Positions 1-8,148 of a DNA stretch of 10,087 bases are shown one piece after another. The notes below the pieces were generated by a model, which was given only the letters and a program-made list of their open reading frames with translations, did not search any database and was not told where the DNA came from. The translations under genes were made by a program, and so were the position numbers. Every line of letters starts with the position of its first letter. Position 1 is the first letter of the stretch. The stretch lies in contig JBHLOI010000090.1 of NCBI GenBank assembly GCA_048940645.1, positions 1-10,087 on the forward strand. The letters run 5' to 3'. The DNA comes from Promethearchaeota archaeon. Its GTDB lineage: Archaea > Asgardarchaeota > Lokiarchaeia > Sigyniarchaeales > SOKP01.

Positions 1-73
1 AGCCAGAGGGGAGATTTGAACTCCCGTTAACAACTCTGCAGGCTATCGCTCGACCAGTCTAAGCGACTCTGGC
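1..73 (-). tRNA. tRNA-Cys (anticodon GCA)
   Basis: Reverse complement folds as GCCAGAG TC GCTT AGACTGGTC GAGC G ATAGC CTGCAGA GTTGT TAAC GGGAG TTCAAAT CTCCC CTCTGGC T: 7-bp acceptor stem, D arm with GG, GCA anticodon, TTCAAAT T-loop and U73 discriminator typical of tRNA-Cys. No intron; any encoded CCA would lie outside the window. Confidence 0.95.
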
Positions 74-252
74 AAATGCAATGAAATTTCCAAGTCTTTC
101 ACTTTATTAATATAATGAAGATTAAAAATTTTAATTTTTGTTTTAAATTACCAGTAATAAGATTTTGTTAAACTTTTATCAAATTCATTTTATATCAATA
201 ACATTTTTTAATGAACTGTTCATTAAATAACTCTGATATAAAATAAAGGAAA

Positions 253-1287
253 GTGATGATTATGGAGCCTAAAGATATTGATTTTTATTCATTAGGTTTT
301 AATTTTATCGAAACTAAGATTATGTTTGTCTCTAATTATAAAGATGGCAAATGGGATGAGGGAAAACTGTTGCCTTTCGGTAATTTTGAGATCTCACCAG
401 CTGCATGTATATTAAATTATGGTCAAGGAATTTTTGAAGGGATGAAAGCTTTAAGGACTAAAAACGGAGAAATTACCTTATTTAGACCAGAATTAAATGC
501 ACAAAGATTTAATAATAGTGCAGATAGAATGTTAATGCCAAATTATAATCCAGATAAATTTATTGATGCCATCAAACAAGTAGTAAAAGCTAATGAAGAA
601 TATATACCTCCATATGATAGCGGTGGAGCATTATATATCCGTCCAATAATGATTGGAAATGGACCGATAGTAGGAGTAAAACCAGCAACTGAATATAAAG
701 TTATAATTTATGTAACTCCAGTTGGACCTTATTTCCCCGAAGGATTTCAGGGGATAGATCTGGAAATCACTAAAAAGTATACGCGATCGGCTCCTGGAGG
801 AACTGGTGCCGCTAAAACTTGCTGTAATTATGCAGGATCTATGCTTCCCGTAAAAGAAACTAAGGAGAGAGGATATGCACAAGTAATATTTCTTGATGCC
901 GTTCATAGGGAATATATTGATGAAGTTGGTACAGCAAATTTTTTTGCTGTTATCAATGGAACATTAGTTACACCGGAATTAAGTGGCACAATATTGCCAG
1001 GGATTACACGCAAGTCAATTTTAGAACTCGCTATAAGTAAATTGGGAATGAAAATCGAAGAAAGAGATATTTCATATAAAGAATTGTTTGAAGATACTTG
1101 TTCAGAGGCATTTTGCGCAGGCACTGCCGCTGTGATAACTCCAATTAAGTCTATTGTAATAGAAGATAAAAAAAGAATTTTTAGCGAGGGAAAACCGGGC
1201 GAGGTAACAAGAAAGCTTTATGAGTTATTAACTGGAATTCAGAGATTGGATATCGAAGATATTTTTGAATGGATGGTACGAGTTTAA
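253..1287 (+). CDS. ilvE: Branched-chain amino acid aminotransferase (PLP fold type IV)
   Basis: Motifs LNYGQGIFEGMKA, LFRP..N..R, LYIRP, AK...NY (PLP lysine), ILPGITRKS and GTAAVITP. The true start may be ATG 256 or 262, after AAGGA at 246-250. Confidence 0.95.
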   Translation: MMIMEPKDIDFYSLGFNFIETKIMFVSNYKDGKWDEGKLLPFGNFEISPAACILNYGQGIFEGMKALRTKNGEITLFRPELNAQRFNNSADRMLMPNYNPDKFIDAIKQVVKANEEYIPPYDSGGALYIRPIMIGNGPIVGVKPATEYKVIIYVTPVGPYFPEGFQGIDLEITKKYTRSAPGGTGAAKTCCNYAGSMLPVKETKERGYAQVIFLDAVHREYIDEVGTANFFAVINGTLVTPELSGTILPGITRKSILELAISKLGMKIEERDISYKELFEDTCSEAFCAGTAAVITPIKSIVIEDKKRIFSEGKPGEVTRKLYELLTGIQRLDIEDIFEWMVRV

Positions 1288-1316
1288 TAGATCCATAAAT
1301 AATTTCTAAGTCTAAG

Positions 1317-1418
1317 TTATTTTTTTGCTTTCGTTTTTCTAAATTTCCTTTTGTTGAGAGGGGGTAATCTTAATAAAGGTCTGATCAAATTTTCTCTTGA
1401 TATATCACCTCCTGTCAT
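1317..1418 (-). CDS. Candidate 33-aa basic small protein (not in ORF track)
   Basis: Hand translation ATG 1418 to TAA 1317: MTGGDISRENLIRPLLRLPPLNKRKFRKTKAKK. TATA-like TTATAATATA about 20-28 nt upstream; convergent with ilvE. Confidence 0.35.
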   Translation of the reverse strand: MTGGDISRENLIRPLLRLPPLNKRKFRKTKAKK

Positions 1419-1529
1419 AATTTTAAATGAACATAATATATTATAATAGCCTTAAAAAAATGTTTATTTTAGTAACCATTATAATGGAACATAGATTTAA
1501 TACGGTTAATTCAAAAAGAAGCCTAATTT

Positions 1530-2048
1530 TTAAAAATTACTTAAATTCTTAATCAATAAATCATATGCTTGATTTACATTAAACCCTGTCTTGGATGAAA
1601 TTTTCAAATATTCAATTACATTTTCGTAACAAACAATAATATCTGAAATATAATCATCTAAAGAAGTACATGTATCAGGGTCTATTAGATCATACTTTGT
1701 TCCTAAGATTATAATTGGAATTCTTCCAAATGCTTTTAATTTATTTATCCATTCATAAACGCTTTCAAGAGTGTTAATTCGAGTAAGATCGAATAAAATA
1801 AACGCTGCTATTGAGCCATCAACAAAATCATCCAGTATTTTTTTGAATTGGTGTTGACCAGCAAAATCCCACATAATAAAATTAAATTCTGTGCCGTTAA
1901 CTTGTGTTATTTTTGAATAAAAATCAACACCTCTCGTTAATTCATTACCATCATTAAAGTAATCATAGACTAATCGATTCAGAAATGAGGTCTTTCCAAC
2001 TCCTCCATCTCCTGCGATTATTGTTTTACAAACTTTTGGTTTGGGCAT
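1530..2048 (-). CDS. Rab-like small GTPase (Ras superfamily)
   Basis: G1 GDGGVGKTS, G2 TRGVDF, G3 WDFAGQ, G4 GTKYD, G5 SSK; 172 aa; no C-terminal prenylation cysteine. Confidence 0.93.
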   Translation of the reverse strand: MPKPKVCKTIIAGDGGVGKTSFLNRLVYDYFNDGNELTRGVDFYSKITQVNGTEFNFIMWDFAGQHQFKKILDDFVDGSIAAFILFDLTRINTLESVYEWINKLKAFGRIPIIILGTKYDLIDPDTCTSLDDYISDIIVCYENVIEYLKISSKTGFNVNQAYDLLIKNLSNF

Positions 2049-2262
2049 AATTTCAACACAACCACTATTTAATCAATGTAATATTAAATTATCACTAAAT
2101 TCCTCGATAATTTTATCTATGTAATTTTAGATATAAAAAGTTCGATTAAAGTATAGTTTTTGTAATATTAGAACAAAATAAAATTTTATTAGTTGCATTT
2201 AAGTTTTATTTCATTTTGACAAAATGATTAACTTTTAAAGACATAAAATTTAGAATGTACTT

Positions 2263-2730
2263 TTAATAAATTAATTTTGCTAAATATTTGGAGAAAGCTT
2301 TAAATTGACGAATATCTCTGTCCCAACTTTCGAAATCTTTATCATAATAAAAGATGAACAAATCTGAAATATCATTAATTAGAGTTCTAATTTTATTAGA
2401 GTTAAATCGATTTTCTTTTTGGATGGATAATACAAACAAGAAATTTGTAGTATACTTAAAGTATAATTTGCTATTTGAGAGCTTAATATATTTAATATCT
2501 TCAGAAAAAGCTTCTAAAGCAAGCATAGAGATTGCTGAAAGGAATCCACATATTAAGTCAATAGAGAGATGTTTCTTTTTAAGATATTTGAAATTTTTAT
2601 TAAAAATACAAATACCAGATTTTTTCTCAATTATCCACAAATTCTCAAAATATCTATTTTCCCTTCTTTTATTTACCGACTTTAAAATTTCAATAGTCAC
2701 TTTTTTGTATCCTGTAAATTTTATATCCAA
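2263..2730 (-). CDS. Longin-like domain protein
   Basis: Pattern LWIIEKKSGICIF...DLICGFLSAISMLA...IKYIKL..SKLYF....FLFVL followed by helices matches the longin topology of Asgard longin/roadblock-like proteins; adjacent to a small GTPase. Confidence 0.7.
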   Translation of the reverse strand: MDIKFTGYKKVTIEILKSVNKRRENRYFENLWIIEKKSGICIFNKNFKYLKKKHLSIDLICGFLSAISMLALEAFSEDIKYIKLSNSKLYFKYTTNFLFVLSIQKENRFNSNKIRTLINDISDLFIFYYDKDFESWDRDIRQFKAFSKYLAKLIY

Positions 2731-2885
2731 TATATTTTAATAAAATAATAAAAATAAGGGACTTCAATATTAATGATTTTTAAAGGAAGTGTAAAAATAC
2801 TTTTATATAGATTAAAGAGAATTAATTAATATCTTTAAGATTGAGATTTAAAATTAAAAAATTGATAGGAAAGATGAGATAACAC

Positions 2886-3314
2886 ATGGTCGATGTGAAA
2901 TTAGCACTTGAAATAAAAGATATGTATGATAATAAAAAAGTTATCGAAAAACCTGAGAATATACTTAAAATTTATGAATTCGTCAAACAATTATCTATGG
3001 AAAATGAAGAATTACAGGAAGAACTAGAAGACATCAATGAATTTTCTGCTCAAATTGTAATTAGCGAACCAGATTTTAAATGTTGGATTAAATTAGGTAG
3101 TGGGAAATTCGAGTATGGGGAAGGGGAAGTTGATGATCCCTCATATACCCTATCCTGTAGGCAAGAAATCATGGGAGGAATGATGCAGGGTGAAATTGAG
3201 TCTACTAGTGCTTATATGGCAGGCGATCTTACTATAGAGGGAAATCTTCAAGATGCAATTACTTATGGAGAGTTTCTTAGTCTAGCAATGGAGATCTCAA
3301 GAGATCTAGGATAA
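2886..3314 (+). CDS. SCP2 sterol/lipid-binding domain protein
   Basis: C-terminal signature G.IESTSAYMAGDLTIEGNLQDA, preceded by WIKLGSGKFEYGEGEVDDPSYTL, typical of SCP2; very acidic. Confidence 0.88.
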   Translation: MVDVKLALEIKDMYDNKKVIEKPENILKIYEFVKQLSMENEELQEELEDINEFSAQIVISEPDFKCWIKLGSGKFEYGEGEVDDPSYTLSCRQEIMGGMMQGEIESTSAYMAGDLTIEGNLQDAITYGEFLSLAMEISRDLG

Positions 3315-3390
3315 TTAAATTGATTAAAAATTAAACAATATTTAAATTAATTTTTTTTGTGATTGACTTTATTTTTTCTTATTTAACAAA

Positions 3391-4464
3391 CTAAATCGAT
3401 TCTAGACCTACAATTTCAATTAACTTTTTCCTTTCCTGATCAGTTTTAGTAATTACTCCAAGATTTCCAATTTTTACATTCTTTAAACCGATATCTTTTA
3501 CTCTCTTGAAAGTCTCTAAAATCTCTGATAATTTAGGTTCACGGTAATTTTTTAATTTATACTGCGGAAAAAATGCTAAGATGTGAAAAGGAATTCTTTC
3601 ATCTACTTCAACAATTAGCCTAGCAATTTTTTCAAATTGCTCGATTTCCACCAGGTTGGGAATAAATACTGTAAGAATTTCTAAAATAAAATTTCTTTTT
3701 ACAATTTCTTTGGGGCTATTAAGTACAGTTTTATTTGAAGTTCCACATAATTTTCTATAGATATCTTCATCGTAAGCCTTAATATCAAGCCAGTAAGAGT
3801 CTAAACCAGATTTTTGAAAAATATCAAGATTCTTAGGAGTAAGGCCATAGCCATTGGTTTCTAAAAGTATCCAAATATTCTCGGTTTTTTCTTTAATCTT
3901 TTGAGAAACTTCTGCGTAAAATTTTGCTTGACACGCAATGTCTCCACCTGTGAATGCTATAATGTTTCTTGCTGGTCCAAATCCTTGAGGACTTAAAACA
4001 ATTTTATCCTTTGATAGTTTATTAGGACATATTGGACTTTTTTTGTTGTATAAAATACATGAGCCACAATGTTTACACATATCTGTGGCATAATACATTA
4101 AAGCTCGCTCTCTAGGTTCATGAACTGTAACCTGTTGTTCATATTCTCTACAAATTTCAGCTAATTGTTCTGTTGAGTACCAATCACCATTGAAATATTT
4201 CGAGAATTCCCATGAATGACATTTTAGACAATTATGATTGCAACCAGATTGATAAATTGAGAAGTAATCTTCTGGTCTTGATAAATGCATTGATGTTATT
4301 ACTCTCCAGTATTGGTTATTTTCAAATTTTAAAGTTCCTTTACATGCCATTTTTTCAATACCATTTTTAAGATATGTCTCGCATGCACCTTTATTATATC
4401 CTTGTTTTACCATATTACAACGTATTGATAAATTTTCATTCATAAACGATGTGCTTCCTCCCAT
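3391..4464 (-). CDS. Radical SAM protein, PflA/glycyl-radical activating enzyme-like
   Basis: GCNHNCLKCH (CxxxCxxC), FTGGD, ETNG, LDIKA and FFPQY motifs; extra CxxCxxC...CP insert. Confidence 0.88.
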   Translation of the reverse strand: MGGSTSFMNENLSIRCNMVKQGYNKGACETYLKNGIEKMACKGTLKFENNQYWRVITSMHLSRPEDYFSIYQSGCNHNCLKCHSWEFSKYFNGDWYSTEQLAEICREYEQQVTVHEPRERALMYYATDMCKHCGSCILYNKKSPICPNKLSKDKIVLSPQGFGPARNIIAFTGGDIACQAKFYAEVSQKIKEKTENIWILLETNGYGLTPKNLDIFQKSGLDSYWLDIKAYDEDIYRKLCGTSNKTVLNSPKEIVKRNFILEILTVFIPNLVEIEQFEKIARLIVEVDERIPFHILAFFPQYKLKNYREPKLSEILETFKRVKDIGLKNVKIGNLGVITKTDQERKKLIEIVGLESI

Positions 4465-4485
4465 TATTTATTTTTTAATGTGATT

Positions 4486-4974
4486 TCATAAATCTAATTG
4501 GTTATCATGATTGATTGCCCATTTCAATAAGGTTTTACTCTTTGTTGGAAAAATTTTAATTAAAACTCTTACAGCTGTTTTCCTCACTTCAGGATTTTCA
4601 TCTGAAAGTAAACTATTTTCAAGAATTCCATATACTTCCTTATTATTAAGATTAAGTAATTCAAAAGCTCTCAAACTATTTATTCTATCATCGACCTTTT
4701 CGCTTTTTTCTATAAAATTATTTAGTAATTTGATGGCTTCTGCTTTATTTAACTCTTTTCTTGTTACATACTCATAGATATTAGCTACTGTTAATTTTTG
4801 TTCCATAAATTCTAAAGCATCCTCATAAATAACTTCATTCAATTCTTTTCTTAAATCGTAAGAACATGAATGATTTTCTGGAATTCTGTGTTCGCTACAA
4901 AATGTTAGACCACAATATTTACATCTATAAGGTATTCCATTAATGATGGATTTACAAACATAGCAATTTGTCAA
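4486..4974 (-). CDS. AN1-type zinc finger fused to HEAT-like repeats
   Basis: CYVC-x10-CKYCGLTFCSEHRIPENHSC (AN1 pattern); C-terminal LLSDENPEVRKTAVRVL HEAT-like repeat; TTG start. Confidence 0.85.
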   Translation of the reverse strand: MTNCYVCKSIINGIPYRCKYCGLTFCSEHRIPENHSCSYDLRKELNEVIYEDALEFMEQKLTVANIYEYVTRKELNKAEAIKLLNNFIEKSEKVDDRINSLRAFELLNLNNKEVYGILENSLLSDENPEVRKTAVRVLIKIFPTKSKTLLKWAINHDNQLDL

Positions 4975-5135
4975 TATAATATACCTTATTTTATTTTAGA
5001 TAATTTTTTCTCAATACCTCGAAAAAAGAGTTAAAATTTTTAAAAATATAAGATCATAACGTTAAATTCTTATTTAAATAAAACGATGAGTTAATATCCT
5101 TTAAATAAAATATATACATAAAGAAGTACCTAAAT

Positions 5136-5244
5136 GGCTCCTGCCAATACCCTGGATTTTTGTCTTTTGATGGTGAATAAAAATTCACTATAATTCTTAT
5201 TTCTATATGATTATGGCCAATTATTTGGTCTTTTGGCAGGGGTC
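5136..5244 (+). ncRNA. Candidate structured non-coding RNA of unknown family
   Basis: 12-bp terminal stem GGCTCCTGCCAA/TTGGCAGGGGTC enclosing 2-3 hairpins; all non-Watson-Crick pairs are G-U on the + strand; TATATA at 5111-5116 and TTTT at 5249-5252. Confidence 0.45.
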
Positions 5245-5333
5245 TCCCTTTTAGTATAACAATATAATAGCAATGTATGAAATTGCTCATATTAATGACA
5301 ATATTAATTTTTAAAGATGAATAAAGTAAACTT

Positions 5334-6119
5334 ATGAAAATTGGATATGTTCAAAGTTCTCCAATATTTGGAAATAAAAGTAAAAATTTTGAACAAATAG
5401 AGGAATTAATAGCTAAGAAGAAGGCAGATTTGATTGTTTTACCTGAACTTTTTGCCACAGGTTATACATTTATCTCTAGAAAAGAAGTTAATAACCTAGC
5501 AGAAGGTAAAAACGGGGAAACTGCCAACTTTCTAAAAGACATCTCGAAAAAAACCGGTGCTATAATTGTTGGTGGCTTTATAGAAAAAGCTGGAGATGAT
5601 ATTTATAATTCCGCATTCTTGATATTAAATAATAATATCATTGGAATTTATCGGAAATTACATCTTTATTATAAAGAGAAATTATGGTTTAAACAAGGAA
5701 ATTTGGCTTTAGATGTTTTTGAAATTAAAGGTTTTACAATTGGTATGATGATTTGCTTTGATTGGTTTTTCCCAGAAACGATGCGATCTCTCTCTCTCCT
5801 TGGAGCGGATATAATAGCTCATCCTGCAAATTTAGTGCTTCCATATTGCCAGAAAGCTATGGTCATCCGTTGTTTAGAGAATAGAGTCTATGCAGTTACG
5901 TCCAACAGGATCGGTGAAGAAAAGAGAGGGCCTGACAACTTTTTATTCACTGGAGTAAGCCAGATTACTTCATATAATGGCGAAGTGCTTTCCCGAGCAC
6001 CAAGTGATGAATTATTTTTAGATTTCATAGATATTGACGTTAATAAGGCAAGAAATAAAAAGTTAAATGAATATAATGATTTGTTTAATGATAGAAGAGT
6101 CGATTATTATAGATTATAA
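5334..6119 (+). CDS. Nitrilase/carbon-nitrogen hydrolase family protein
   Basis: Catalytic triad motifs DLIVLPELF (E), YRKLHL (K), MICFDWFFPE (C); RCLENRVY and NRIG motifs. Confidence 0.93.
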   Translation: MKIGYVQSSPIFGNKSKNFEQIEELIAKKKADLIVLPELFATGYTFISRKEVNNLAEGKNGETANFLKDISKKTGAIIVGGFIEKAGDDIYNSAFLILNNNIIGIYRKLHLYYKEKLWFKQGNLALDVFEIKGFTIGMMICFDWFFPETMRSLSLLGADIIAHPANLVLPYCQKAMVIRCLENRVYAVTSNRIGEEKRGPDNFLFTGVSQITSYNGEVLSRAPSDELFLDFIDIDVNKARNKKLNEYNDLFNDRRVDYYRL

Positions 6120-6121
6120 AG

Positions 6122-6556
6122 TCATTCAAAAAGGTTTTCTAGTTCAATAATTTTATTTCTAATCTGTTGTGGAATTGATACTTTCTGATCATTTTTATAA
6201 TCATAACTTACAACAATGGCTTTTGCTTCAGCTGCTAATTTGTTTAATTGATGACTTATAAGGATATATTTCATTGTAAATCGATCTTCCTTTAAATCTG
6301 TAATTTTGGCTCCTATTGAGACTTCATCTGGATATTTTAAGGGAATTTTATATTTGCATTCTGTAGATGCTAATATTGGGCCAACACCAATAGTGTTTTT
6401 TAAAGTAGTGAAGCCAATTCTATCAAAGTAGGCAATACGGACACTTTCAAAAAATCTGAAAAAAATGACATTGTTTACGTGTTGATATGCATCCATATAC
6501 CCCCATAGGATAGGGATTTTTATAATTACTGGAAATTGTGCTAAATTTTCACTCAT
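6122..6556 (-). CDS. Acyl-CoA thioesterase, 4HBT/YbgC hot-dog family
   Basis: MDAYQHVNNVIFFRFFESVR matches the D-x-x-x-HVNN-x-x-Y/F signature; CKYKIPLKYPD. Confidence 0.92.
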   Translation of the reverse strand: MSENLAQFPVIIKIPILWGYMDAYQHVNNVIFFRFFESVRIAYFDRIGFTTLKNTIGVGPILASTECKYKIPLKYPDEVSIGAKITDLKEDRFTMKYILISHQLNKLAAEAKAIVVSYDYKNDQKVSIPQQIRNKIIELENLFE

Positions 6557-6630
6557 TTTCAGATCATTTTACTAAATAGTGAAATTAATATAATAATTAA
6601 ATTCTCAAGGTTACACTTATTAAGTGATAT

Positions 6631-8010
6631 TTAAATTTCTTCTCTTAATTTAATAATTTTCTTTTTTAATTTCTTGAGCTGAGAATCTGCATCTGCTAAA
6701 TTATAAATTAGAAATTTTTCAAGTAATTTTACTGCTTTTTGATAAAAATGAATGCTATTAATATAGTCTTTATTTTTTTCGTAATTCTCTGCTTTTTCTA
6801 GAGCAAAATCTAATTCGACCTTTTTAGTTGTGTTATCAAGTTCGAAAATGGTGTTTGAAATTTTATAGATTTGATCCTTCAATTTAAGTTCTTTAGCAAT
6901 ATAAAGCGCTTTGTTATACTCTTTATTAGCAACTTGGTAAGCGCGATCCTTTTCAGCAGTTTTACCTTTTTTCATAAACGCCTTTATTAACTTTTTAGCA
7001 GTAAATTCATCTATAGATTCTATATCTTCCTTTAATTGCTCAAGATCACTATCTGTGATGATAATTGAAGAAATAGGTTTAATTGCGTTAATTTTTTTAT
7101 GATTAGCTTCTTGTGTTGTTTCAATTTTATTTATTACAGCTTCAAGCTTAGTAGGGACAATTATTTTTCGCTCTAGGAGTTTATTTATTTCAAAGAGAAC
7201 TATATCTGCATCAATATTTACAATATTTTTTACTCGATTTAGCAATTTATTTATAAAGAAGAATGGTTTTGAAATAAGAAGTTCTTTTGCTAAATTATAG
7301 ATTGCTTTTTGAATTGAAATTTTAGTAATCTTTTTAATTTCATGGGGCGGAATTGAATGAGCTAGAGTCATTGGAAAGACTAAATTTACATTGAATGATT
7401 TTACTATATACTCTATCATCTCATCAAAATCGATAGCCCCTGTATCTTGAAATTTGAATAAATCTTCTTTAAAATTATCTTCAAATTCACCTAAGAATTG
7501 AAGCATTTGATATCTCATACTATCACTGGCTTTATGATCAAGTATTAAACAGAGCCTAATATTTTCTCCATTTCTTAATAAAATATTAAAACTTTTATAC
7601 TGAAATTCATAAAAAGGCTGTTCTACAACCGTGCTTGTTCTATTAGGAGATACCTGTTCTGATTCAGAAAAAGTTATATTTGCTTGAATGAATCCACTTA
7701 ATAATCCAGAATCTATTTCTACTCCTGAAACTGCATAATTTAAAATAGGTAAGCCCGATTCTTTATCCATAATAATAATATGTTTAATATTTAAAACATC
7801 TAAAAATTTCTGCCATATTTGTTCTTTTTCTATTTTTAAGCGCTTTTCATCAGATTCAATTTCAAAGATTCTAAATTCTTGATTTATTTCGAATCCCATA
7901 GTTGATAGTCGCTTTTCAATACATTCATAACACGAATTAAGAATTTTAGGACAGTTTAATTTATTATAACCACAATTAAATCCTATTCCATTAATGTGAA
8001 AATACGGCAT
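6631..8010 (-). CDS. Multidomain longin-like protein with C-terminal TPR/MIT-like helices
   Basis: aa ~74-205 IKHIIIMDKESGLPIL...GLLSGFIQA resembles the 2263-2730 longin pattern; aa ~230-286 winged-helix-like; aa ~338-459 two helical-hairpin repeats; 4 N-terminal Cys. The CDS is secure, the domain calls less so. Confidence 0.7.
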   Translation of the reverse strand: MPYFHINGIGFNCGYNKLNCPKILNSCYECIEKRLSTMGFEINQEFRIFEIESDEKRLKIEKEQIWQKFLDVLNIKHIIIMDKESGLPILNYAVSGVEIDSGLLSGFIQANITFSESEQVSPNRTSTVVEQPFYEFQYKSFNILLRNGENIRLCLILDHKASDSMRYQMLQFLGEFEDNFKEDLFKFQDTGAIDFDEMIEYIVKSFNVNLVFPMTLAHSIPPHEIKKITKISIQKAIYNLAKELLISKPFFFINKLLNRVKNIVNIDADIVLFEINKLLERKIIVPTKLEAVINKIETTQEANHKKINAIKPISSIIITDSDLEQLKEDIESIDEFTAKKLIKAFMKKGKTAEKDRAYQVANKEYNKALYIAKELKLKDQIYKISNTIFELDNTTKKVELDFALEKAENYEKNKDYINSIHFYQKAVKLLEKFLIYNLADADSQLKKLKKKIIKLREEI

Positions 8011-8148
8011 CGCTCAACCCCGTAATATCTTGAATGGATATTACTGTCTTGAATAAAAAAATTACTCTATCAAAATTCTTTACTGCTTTTATAGTGAATT
8101 TTAAATTTTTAAATTTTTAGATATTCGAATTTTATAAAAAGAAATATC

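Noticed and set aside
631-1124. Minus-strand ORFs 631-906 and 903-1124
   Set aside because: Antisense shadows fully inside ilvE with no recognisable motifs.
2354-2740. 128-aa plus-strand ORF
   Set aside because: Antisense to the longin-like gene; F/L/I-rich composition typical of shadow frames.
4511-4777. 88-aa plus-strand ORF
   Set aside because: Antisense shadow of the AN1-HEAT gene.
5054-5290. 78-aa minus-strand ORF
   Set aside because: Atypical composition and no motif; overlaps a structure whose G-U pairs favour a plus-strand RNA. Not formally excluded.
8011-8040. In-frame TGA two codons upstream of the 459-aa ORF as possible selenocysteine
   Set aside because: A TAA lies nine codons further upstream with no start in between. 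The TGA-terminated AN1 and thioesterase ORFs also hit TAA within a few codons, and no SECIS core was seen.
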